Shown one piece after another: positions 57,099-64,000 of a DNA stretch of 64,000 nucleotides. Source of the DNA: Minisyncoccota bacterium (GTDB taxonomy: Bacteria; Patescibacteriota; Minisyncoccia; Phycocordibacterales; WO2-35-19); contig DATDXE010000014.1 in the NCBI GenBank assembly GCA_036517255.1, positions 9,994 to 73,993 of the forward strand. Direction: 5' to 3'. The position numbers and the translations under genes are program-made. A model generated the notes under the pieces. It was not told the origin of the DNA. It ran no database searches and was given only the letters and a program-made list of their open reading frames with translations. Within the stretch, counting starts at the first letter, position 1. The number at the start of each line of letters is the position of its first letter.

Positions 57099-57962
57099 AT
57101 GGATTACTCACTTCTAGATTCGGGGGATCAGCGCAAGCTCGAGAGGTTCGGAGAGTTTGTTCTCTCCCGTCCTGAAAGCCAGGCTCTTTGGAAAAAAGCT
57201 CTATCTGACGAAGAGTGGCAGAAAGCAGATGCTACTTTTGAAAAAGGTGTGGGTTGGCAGACGCAGAAAGGATTACCAGATGGCGGATGGACAGTAGAGA
57301 TAGGAGGAATAAAATTTAAAATAAATCTCAAATCATTCAAACACACTGGTGTTTTCCCTGAGCAAATTGAAAATTGGCATTTTATTGAAAATTTATTAAA
57401 AATTAAAAATTCTAAATTAAAAATTTTAAACTTATTCGGTTATACGGGTGGGGCTACTATTGCCGCGGCTCGAAGTGGCCGAGAGCAGAATGCCGAGGTG
57501 GAAGTAGTGCATGTCGATGCTTCCAAACCTTCAGTTTCGGCCGCTAAAGAAAACGCCATTTTAAATGGCTTAGAAAAAGCAAATATCAGGTATATTGTCG
57601 ACGATGCACATGCTTTTGTAAAAAGAGAAATAAAAAGACAAGAAAAAGGAGTAGCTAAGTATGATGCCCTCATTCTTGATCCTCCTTCGTTCGGCCGTGG
57701 AGCCAAGGGAGAAGTGTGGAAAATAGAAGAGGATTTGGTGCCACTTCTTGAAGCATGTAAAAGTATCCTCTCCGACAATCCTGCTTTCGTTTTATTAAAT
57801 GGCTATGCCTCGGGCTATTCTCACACTACTTATGCAGAGCTTCTACAGTCAGTATTTCAATTTACTTCTGGTTCTATAGAATCGGGCGAACTTTCTCTAA
57901 AAGAAAGTTCGCCCCGCGCTTTCTCCCTCCCTGCAGGGATTTTTGCTAGGTGGAAAGCTTAA
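57099..57962 (+). CDS. class I SAM-dependent rRNA methyltransferase (RlmI/RlmK-like, no PUA)
   Basis: LNLFGYTGGATIAAA (motif I), ILDPPSFGRG (motif IV). Confidence 0.65.
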   Translation: MDYSLLDSGDQRKLERFGEFVLSRPESQALWKKALSDEEWQKADATFEKGVGWQTQKGLPDGGWTVEIGGIKFKINLKSFKHTGVFPEQIENWHFIENLLKIKNSKLKILNLFGYTGGATIAAARSGREQNAEVEVVHVDASKPSVSAAKENAILNGLEKANIRYIVDDAHAFVKREIKRQEKGVAKYDALILDPPSFGRGAKGEVWKIEEDLVPLLEACKSILSDNPAFVLLNGYASGYSHTTYAELLQSVFQFTSGSIESGELSLKESSPRAFSLPAGIFARWKA

Positions 57963-58008
57963 AACTTCCAACCACTCAAATACCGGTATTTGAGTGGTTC
58001 ACGAGCGG

Positions 58009-58620
58009 TTAGATTTTTATATAGTGAGTATATTTTCCCGCTTTTCCAACCTGTTGCAACTTTCCTTCTTTTTCTAAAATATCTAAATATCTTCTAGCTG
58101 TCGCGTCCGACACTCTCAAAGTTTTTTCAACATCGTCGTTAGTTATTTTTATTTTCTTATCGACCATATTCATAATCTTCTCCAATTTCCTCTTTTTCCC
58201 AATCTGTATTTTTTCCAATAAATTTCTCCACAAAGTTTTCTGCTTTGCCTCGACGTAGCCTTGAGCGTAGGCGGGCTTCGCCTCGCCGTAGCTCGACTCT
58301 AAAGGAGATGTGGAGGCTGGCATCACTTCAGTTATCGTCACTGTCTCCGGAGTTTTTATAATAGTAATGTTCTCATTCACACTTTTTTCTACAACCGGCT
58401 CAATATTTGGTTTCTCGTCTTCAGCTTCTGTTGCGTCTTTAGCTTTAACTTCAGATACGGAAGTTGTTTCTTCCTCTGGTTTTACAGGCGCGACTATTTC
58501 AGGTACTGATTCTACAGGAGTATCGACTGTAGGTGTAGGCGTATTTTCTTCTGACATATATAAATAATACTTCGTCGCGTCCTGGCCTACAAGATGAAGG
58601 AGGTGAGGTATTTCCCCCAT
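58009..58620 (-). CDS. hypothetical protein with C-terminal winged-helix DNA-binding domain
   Basis: Acidic Pro/Thr-rich N-half; C-terminal LRVSDATARRYLDILEKEGKLQQVG wHTH. Confidence 0.4.
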   Translation of the reverse strand: MGEIPHLLHLVGQDATKYYLYMSEENTPTPTVDTPVESVPEIVAPVKPEEETTSVSEVKAKDATEAEDEKPNIEPVVEKSVNENITIIKTPETVTITEVMPASTSPLESSYGEAKPAYAQGYVEAKQKTLWRNLLEKIQIGKKRKLEKIMNMVDKKIKITNDDVEKTLRVSDATARRYLDILEKEGKLQQVGKAGKYTHYIKI

Positions 58621-58658
58621 ATGCTATAATCTCGGCATTAAAAATAAACACTAATAAT

Positions 58659-59465
58659 ATGTTCAATCAAATGTTCCAAGGTACGAGCGGGGAGAGGATT
58701 TCCAAATATACAGCCTGGGCTATATTTTTACTGGCCTGTTTTCTCTTGGTCCAGGTAATTACTGGTCTGAAAAGAATGAGTTACATCGGTAAAGAAATTT
58801 ATCCGCAACGAACCATTATGGTCATGGGTGAAGGTGAAGCTTTCGCCGTGCCTGATATCGGCAGTTTCTCTTTCTCTGTCACTGAATCAGGAGCGACTGT
58901 GAAAGAGGCTCAAGAAAAAGCTGATACCAAAATAAACAAAGCGCTCTCTTCGGTGCGAGAAGCTGGAGTGGAAGACAAAGATATTAAAACTACTGGTTAC
59001 AACGTTTACCCAAGATATGAATGGGAGCAGATCTATTGCATCACTACTCCTTGTCCTGGAGGTAAAAATGTCCTGAACGGTTATGAAGTGAGTCAAACTA
59101 TCACCGTGAAAGTAAGGGATACTGAAAAAGCAGGTGACTTGGTGACCAAGGTGGGGGCAGTAGGAGTGTCGAACATAAGCGGACTTGATTTTACTGTGGA
59201 TGATAGAGAAAAATATGTGGCCATGGCCCGCGAGCAAGCGATAGAGAAAGCTAAAGAAAATGCCAAGAAATTGGCTAAAGATTTGGATGTCCGCCTCGGC
59301 AAAATGCTTTACTTCAATGACAATAGTGGCTACCCGACGCCTTACTATGGAGAAGGTATGGGAGGTGATATGGTGAGGAGCTCAGCTGCACCTATGAAAG
59401 CTGAAATCCCTGTCGGCGAGTCGAAAATAACTTCGCAAGTCAGCCTGACTTACGAGATCAAGTAA
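58659..59465 (+). CDS. SIMPL-domain (DUF541, BP26-like) secreted protein
   Basis: N-terminal TM anchor; SIMPL pattern GEGEAFAVPDIGSFSFSVTESGATVKEAQEKADTK. Confidence 0.65.
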   Translation: MFNQMFQGTSGERISKYTAWAIFLLACFLLVQVITGLKRMSYIGKEIYPQRTIMVMGEGEAFAVPDIGSFSFSVTESGATVKEAQEKADTKINKALSSVREAGVEDKDIKTTGYNVYPRYEWEQIYCITTPCPGGKNVLNGYEVSQTITVKVRDTEKAGDLVTKVGAVGVSNISGLDFTVDDREKYVAMAREQAIEKAKENAKKLAKDLDVRLGKMLYFNDNSGYPTPYYGEGMGGDMVRSSAAPMKAEIPVGESKITSQVSLTYEIK

Positions 59466-59482
59466 TATTTAAAGACAAAATT

Positions 59483-59528
59483 AAAAAGGGTCCCCTTTGG
59501 TACAGTAGCCCAAGGAGGACCTTTTTTA
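59483..59528. terminator. bidirectional Rho-independent terminator (A-run, 12-bp imperfect stem, T-run) between SIMPL gene and rplK
   Basis: aaaaagggtcccctttgg-tacagtag-cccaaggaggacctttttt. Confidence 0.7.
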
Positions 59529-59535
59529 ATTTAAA

Positions 59536-59958
59536 CTATTTGATTTCTACTCCCATTGACCTTGCCGTGCCGGCGATAATTTTCATTGCCGCTTCTACGT
59601 CGTGAGCATTTAGTTCTGGCATTTTTGTCTTAGCAATTTCTTCCAGTTGTTTCTTAGTCAAAGTGCCTACTTTTTGTGAAGGGGCTTTGCCCGCTCCTTT
59701 TTCGATGCCTAGAGTTTTGAGGATAAGGCTGGAAGCAGGAGATATTTTCAGTATGAAATCGAAAGTCCTGTCCTCATACACTGAGAGTTCCACTGGTATA
59801 GTGTCGCCCATCCTGTCGCGAGTCTGTTCATTAAACTTGGTGACGAATTCACCGATGTTGATACCAGCTGGGCCGAGAGCTGTTCCCACAGGAGGGGCAG
59901 GAGTAGCCTTGCCAGCAGGTAAAACGAGCTTTATTTTTTTGGTTACTTTTTTTGCCAT
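59536..59958 (-). CDS. rplK: 50S ribosomal protein L11
   Basis: [29 protein letters not shown] canonical L11. Confidence 0.9.
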   Translation of the reverse strand: MAKKVTKKIKLVLPAGKATPAPPVGTALGPAGINIGEFVTKFNEQTRDRMGDTIPVELSVYEDRTFDFILKISPASSLILKTLGIEKGAGKAPSQKVGTLTKKQLEEIAKTKMPELNAHDVEAAMKIIAGTARSMGVEIK

Positions 59959-59975
59959 AGATAGACCAATTTACA

Positions 59976-60521
59976 TTAAATTTTCTTAATTTGCAAGAAG
60001 TCGAGTTCCACTGGAGTCTCCCGACCAAACATCGGTACCAGTACTTTTACTTTTCCTCTTTCTTGATCTACTTCACCCACTTTGCCTTCCAAATCTTTGA
60101 ATGGGCCATCAGCTATCTTCACTGTGTCGCCCTCAGATACGTCGATATTGTGCTTCGGAGTGTCTGAGTTCATCCTTCTAAAAAGTTCGTCTACCTCCTT
60201 TTCTTCGAGGGGCACAGGGAACACTCCTGATCCGACGAAGCCAGTGACGCGGGGTGTGTTGCGTACCACATACCAAGAATCATCGGTGACGATCATGTTC
60301 ACCAGTACATATCCAGGATATATTTTTTCTTCCTCTTCCACTCTTTTACCACCTTTCACTTTTATTTTTTTCTCTGTTGGCACCACCACATCGAAAATTT
60401 TATCTTCCATGCCGAGCGATTCGATTCTTTGTTTCAAATTCCTAGAGACGGCGTTCTCATAACCGGAGTAGGTATGGATGGCGTACCAATTTTTACCTTC
60501 TTGTATTTGTTGTTTAGACAT
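59976..60521 (-). CDS. nusG: transcription termination/antitermination protein NusG (start at Met corresponding to 60521)
   Basis: NGN domain KNWYAIHTYSGYE, KOW motif GDTVKIADGPFKDLEGKV. Confidence 0.85.
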   Translation of the reverse strand: MSKQQIQEGKNWYAIHTYSGYENAVSRNLKQRIESLGMEDKIFDVVVPTEKKIKVKGGKRVEEEEKIYPGYVLVNMIVTDDSWYVVRNTPRVTGFVGSGVFPVPLEEKEVDELFRRMNSDTPKHNIDVSEGDTVKIADGPFKDLEGKVGEVDQERGKVKVLVPMFGRETPVELDFLQIKKI

Positions 60522-60568
60522 AGTTTTAAAATTAAAAGATGGAAAAAAGAAAAGAAGCAAAGATTAAA

Positions 60569-60745
60569 CTACACGATGAGGGCGAGAAGTTTTGAAAATA
60601 TAAAGTCGAAGAGTCCGAGGAATAGTGATGTCAAAATCGACACGATGATCACGACTACGGTGAAAGCCAGCGCTTGGTTGCGAGTCGGCCAGCTGACGTG
60701 GGTAAGCTCTGCTCTGGTTTCTTTCAAATATGTTCCTATGCCCAT
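60569..60745 (-). CDS. secE: preprotein translocase subunit SecE (58 aa; below ORF-track cutoff)
   Basis: Manual translation MGIGTYLKETRAELTHVSWPTRNQALAFTVVVIIVSILTSLFLGLFDFIFSKLLALIV; canonical secE-nusG-rplK order. Confidence 0.8.
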   Translation of the reverse strand: MGIGTYLKETRAELTHVSWPTRNQALAFTVVVIIVSILTSLFLGLFDFIFSKLLALIV

Positions 60746-60771
60746 TTTGTTTTTATTATTTCAGATCTATT

Positions 60772-60789
60772 AAAAAACCCCTCTCGGGG
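60772..60789 (-). terminator. weak Rho-independent terminator (cccc-gaga-gggg plus T6 on minus strand) after gene 60843-61727
   Basis: 4-bp GC stem with tetraloop followed by TTTTTT on minus strand. Confidence 0.4.
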
Positions 60790-60842
60790 CGCCTCGGAAA
60801 CTGTGACTCCATTATATCAAAATGAGCTTTCCTGTCAACTAG

Positions 60843-61727
60843 CTACTTCCACTTTTTGCTTGTCCATGACGATGGCAAGTATTCCTCTATTTTATATGTT
60901 CGATACTCGTCTGTATCTTTGGAGAAACAATGTAACTTAGGAGAAATATCGAACTTGGCGCATATTTCAGAAATGAATTGGCGACAGATACCACACATAT
61001 CGCAGGGACTGTCAGGATATTTTGATGACACGATGCCTATGTCTGTTATCTCATGATTTTTATCCATGAGTGCACTTAATATAGAAGTGACTTCGGAGTG
61101 TAAGCCTAGCCTTTTGTCTGGGCTTGAATATTGTCCGCCGAAATACACTTTGCCGTTTTTTGTAGCTACTGCTGTGCCATAACCTGAAGCTCCATCGTAT
61201 AGAGGGAAATTTCTGTCTAGACCTTGTATGGCATACGGCTTTAGTTCCAAAGGCTCGCTTATATTTAACTGCAGATGATTTTCCTGAAATTTAGAATTTT
61301 GGAATCTACCTATAATTATTTTTTCTGGTTTATAATTACTAAATTCTTTTGAGATATCTTTACTCTCAAATATATTTTCTCCCGATAAATTCACGATCTT
61401 GTATTCTATGGATTTTTCGATTCTCATACTGTGGTCAATGATTATTTTGCCGACGATAGGTGAAAGAGAAGTGTCACCGGAAGCCTCTCTTATCGTCACT
61501 ATTCTTTCTATCCCGTAATCAGTATTTAAAGCTGACAACACAAGGACAGCTTGTTCGGAACTTATGTTTAAAGAATTTGTATCCGAGGCCACGGACCCAG
61601 CGCAATACATTTTCCCACTGCTCGAGTAAGCGATGGAGGCAGTTCGCTCCCCCTCTTTTTTTGTTACAGAAAGGGAGAGGGTTTCCTTCAATTTTTCTAG
61701 CTCCTTATCTTTAGTTGATATCTGCAT
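60843..61727 (-). CDS. tandem cytidine/deoxycytidylate-deaminase-like protein (first domain lacks PCxxC, second has HSE...PCDMCGIC)
   Basis: Motifs SEQAVLVLSAL (degenerate) and HSEVTSILSAL ... SPCDMCGICRQF. Confidence 0.5.
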   Translation of the reverse strand: MQISTKDKELEKLKETLSLSVTKKEGERTASIAYSSSGKMYCAGSVASDTNSLNISSEQAVLVLSALNTDYGIERIVTIREASGDTSLSPIVGKIIIDHSMRIEKSIEYKIVNLSGENIFESKDISKEFSNYKPEKIIIGRFQNSKFQENHLQLNISEPLELKPYAIQGLDRNFPLYDGASGYGTAVATKNGKVYFGGQYSSPDKRLGLHSEVTSILSALMDKNHEITDIGIVSSKYPDSPCDMCGICRQFISEICAKFDISPKLHCFSKDTDEYRTYKIEEYLPSSWTSKKWK

Positions 61728-62607
61728 TACTTCTAAGTTTACTTACACTAAGGCCTGCTGGTGACCAGTCATAGTGAAGAGTTTTTTTAATAAAATCATT
61801 TAGTAAGTGTATTTTATCGCGTTCTAGTCGAGGATACATTTTTTCCGACTGCTTACTTGAAAGCCTGATAGTAGGGAAGAAGGGCATCGGGAAAGCATAG
61901 TAAGGCACTAGGCTTCTTTCTTTAGGTTCTACTAGGATGACGGTTATCGGTTTGTTTAAATGCTCGATGGCATAATCGATTCTGTGTACCCCATCGCAAA
62001 CGATATGAAAGTCGTGCTTGCCGTTAAATTTCAAACCATAATTGATAAGGCCTGCATTAGAATTAAAAATATCAAGATGTTTGATAGCGCTTACTTCGTC
62101 TATAAAATAATTCTTAAAATATCGATCTGTAATTGCATGTAAATTGAATTTAGCGTCTTTGACATAGAAATCTTTAAAAAGTTTTAACATCTTGTCTAAG
62201 TCGATATAGCCATCCTTCAAATCATAAGTATGTTTTTCTATAATAGGTGGCAACATATGAAATACGCCTCGATTTTGCCAATCGTATTCTATGGCACAAT
62301 CCATCTTGTCGATACTCATTTTCTTGTTCGATAGAAAAGCGTCAACTGTCTTTATGATATCTACTTGATTTAGATATACAGTCGGTTGAGGGGAAAATAG
62401 TATTTCCTGTTTATTTTTCGTTTTTATGGTGGGGTAACTTCCCATCGATTTTGGAGGGTACACAGTGGCTAAGGAAAATTTAGCTTTTTTATAGGGTTTT
62501 ATTATACGGCCGTCCTTTTTGTACAAGCCTCTAAATTCTATATCCTTCAATTTTTCATAGAGCTCCTCAAGTGGCATTTTCCTTATGAGGGTTATTTTCT
62601 CTTTCAT
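61711..62607 (-). CDS. hypothetical protein with possible ParB/Srx-like nuclease-fold motif
   Basis: HIVCDGVHRIDYAIEHLNKPITVILVE resembles ParB-type DGxHR signature; operon (17-nt overlap) with deaminase-like gene. Confidence 0.3.
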   Translation of the reverse strand: MKEKITLIRKMPLEELYEKLKDIEFRGLYKKDGRIIKPYKKAKFSLATVYPPKSMGSYPTIKTKNKQEILFSPQPTVYLNQVDIIKTVDAFLSNKKMSIDKMDCAIEYDWQNRGVFHMLPPIIEKHTYDLKDGYIDLDKMLKLFKDFYVKDAKFNLHAITDRYFKNYFIDEVSAIKHLDIFNSNAGLINYGLKFNGKHDFHIVCDGVHRIDYAIEHLNKPITVILVEPKERSLVPYYAFPMPFFPTIRLSSKQSEKMYPRLERDKIHLLNDFIKKTLHYDWSPAGLSVSKLRSNADIN

Positions 62608-62728
62608 GAACTCAGTATATGACGAGCGCTCCCTGGATACAAGTTTTACATTTAGGTTTCAATTTGGTCTTGTAAATGGTATAAAAACCTAAGACCCTGA
62701 ACCCACACAGCAGAATAGAAAGGCTACA

Positions 62729-64000
62729 ATGCTCAAGTTTGAATCGCTTTATTACGGCGATCGGCTGCTGCCGATCGTTAATGAAACTGGAGACGTGGCT
62801 ATATGCACTCTCTGGTCCAAAACTGAATCGGCGCGAAAGATTTTAGGAGAAGCTGGGGTTGATCTCGACCCCGCTACTTCTCGCATCTCTGTCATCGCCA
62901 ATCTCTACGGCAACGGCTTGCCCCAGATGCTGCGCAACCTGCTTCACAACCCGCAGATTCGTTACATCGTGATAGTCGGCAAAAATTTGTCCGGCTCACT
63001 CGAGTGGCTCGTCAACTTTTTCGAGCAAGGTCTCGAGGAAGTGGAATTCCTGGGAGCCAAGGCTTCCAGAATTCGCGGTACCAATCGCGTGATCGATGGA
63101 GAAGTAACTCCCGACATGTTTGTCCAGGAACCGCAGTTTTCTGTTTTTGGAGATGTCGGTGATCCGGCGACGAAAGAGTCTCTCCAGACTTTTTTCGGGG
63201 AACTGCCGGAACAAAAAGAATGTGTCCTGCCCCGTATCGAACCTCCGGAAATCCCGGAGCCTCAAGTCACACGCTATCCCTCCAATCCTCGAGGGCACAC
63301 GATCGTTCGCGCCACTCCGATGGAAGCTTACGCCGAGCTCATCTTCCGCCTCTACCGCTTTGGTCATCGCAACATGGTCGCGAAGAAGACGGGCCTCGAA
63401 GGGCGCGTCGAACTTCAGAATGTGAAGGTGGTGATCGAAGAGGCACGTGAAGAATCCGACGAGGTTCTGCGTGGTTACGGTTTCCTGCTGGAAAAGTTTA
63501 AAGCTTACCAGTGTCGCATTCTCGATCCGGGGAAGCCATATGACCTGGGCTACACCTACGGCAACCGCCTCCGCCAGCACTTTGGTAGCGATTCGCTCGA
63601 AATCGTGGCCAAGCGCCTGCGCGAAAAACCCGACTCGCGCCACGCTTACTTCACGCTTTGGGATAACACCCGCGACCTTATAGAAGGTACGGACACGCCC
63701 TGCTTCGTCACGGCTTTCTTTCGCCGTTTCGAAGGTCGCCTCACTCTCACCGCCACCTTTCGCTCACACAATGCCATGGAAGCCTGGCCGGAGAATGTCT
63801 ACGGTCTGATTGCTATCCAGAGATTTGTCGCGAACCTTGCAAATATGGAGCCTGGCGCGATCACCGTCGTCAGCCACTCCATCTCGATCGATCTGCCTTC
63901 TCTTGAGAAGGCCAAGCGCATCGCGACGTCGAAGGAATCGGACGAAGTGTACGACCCAGCGACCGGCAAGCACGGTCCTCGCATGGATCCTCATGGTGAG
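62729..64000 (+). CDS. thymidylate-synthase-family (ThyA fold) protein with about 210 aa unknown N-terminal extension, GC-rich, 3' end outside window
   Basis: Manual translation open to window end: KPDSRHAYFTLWDNTRDL, DTPCFVTAFF (PCH-type nucleophile Cys), TFRSHNAMEAWPENVYGL (RSxD-type) align with ThyA core; not in ORF track because no stop in window. Confidence 0.6.
   Translation, partial: MLKFESLYYGDRLLPIVNETGDVAICTLWSKTESARKILGEAGVDLDPATSRISVIANLYGNGLPQMLRNLLHNPQIRYIVIVGKNLSGSLEWLVNFFEQGLEEVEFLGAKASRIRGTNRVIDGEVTPDMFVQEPQFSVFGDVGDPATKESLQTFFGELPEQKECVLPRIEPPEIPEPQVTRYPSNPRGHTIVRATPMEAYAELIFRLYRFGHRNMVAKKTGLEGRVELQNVKVVIEEAREESDEVLRGYGFLLEKFKAYQCRILDPGKPYDLGYTYGNRLRQHFGSDSLEIVAKRLREKPDSRHAYFTLWDNTRDLIEGTDTPCFVTAFFRRFEGRLTLTATFRSHNAMEAWPENVYGLIAIQRFVANLANMEPGAITVVSHSISIDLPSLEKAKRIATSKESDEVYDPATGKHGPRMDPHGE

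Noticed and set aside
62996-63994. Several minus- and plus-strand ORFs (63120-63425, 63220-63450, 63447-63683, 62996-63643, 63764-63994)
   Set aside because: All lie inside, and out of frame or antisense to, the long GC-rich thymidylate-synthase-family reading frame 62729-64000. GC-rich DNA generates spurious long ORFs; the ThyA-core motifs support the plus-strand frame that runs off the window.

Overview
This is an AT-rich (about 38% GC) bacterial fragment with a compact genome organisation. It contains many short genes and GC-rich islands. Its gene content (DGRs, a type IV secretion-like cluster, a short YebC, rplK without rplA) is consistent with a Candidate Phyla Radiation/Patescibacteria-type organism.

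On the left, a UvrD/PcrA-family helicase (5' partial) and rsmA are followed by a roughly 11 kb type IV secretion-like cluster (VirB6/TrbL-like, PrgI/VirB3-like, VirB4 ATPase, pilin-like and secreted proteins). Next comes the classic chromosomal origin neighbourhood: yidC, rnpA and rpmH on the minus strand, divergent from dnaA and dnaN.

The middle of the window holds housekeeping genes: PBP1A, tyrS, ruvC, yebC, ruvB, a pilB-type ATPase, tsaE, polA, an ECF sigma factor, fpg, murE, ruvA, rpsT, ruvX, pilMNO-like genes, an RluA-family synthase, rplS, rplK, nusG and secE. Seven tRNA genes are present: Lys-TTT, Arg-GCG, Ser-TGA, Arg-TCT, Val-TAC, Leu-GAG and His-GTG.

The most striking content is two paralogous diversity-generating retroelement (DGR) cassettes about 20 kb apart, at 33184-35640 and 52621-55203. 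Each has a GC-rich target gene whose 3' end carries a variable repeat (VR). A template repeat (TR) downstream differs from the VR only at TR adenines. An Avd-like four-helix-bundle gene sits on the opposite strand with a non-ATG start, and a roughly 335 aa reverse transcriptase follows. A G-homopolymer tract sits exactly between avd and the RT in both cassettes.

Other notable items:
- a degenerate hicB/hicA pair;
- an HNH endonuclease whose 3' end overlaps tRNA-Ser;
- a GIY-YIG gene next to tRNA-Arg with flanking inverted repeats;
- a 27-bp perfect inverted-repeat element;
- several GC-rich, probably horizontally acquired, islands;
- a terminal cluster of a tandem cytidine-deaminase-like protein, a ParB-like protein and a GC-rich thymidylate-synthase-family gene with a long N-terminal extension (3' partial).

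No rRNA genes and no CRISPR arrays were seen.
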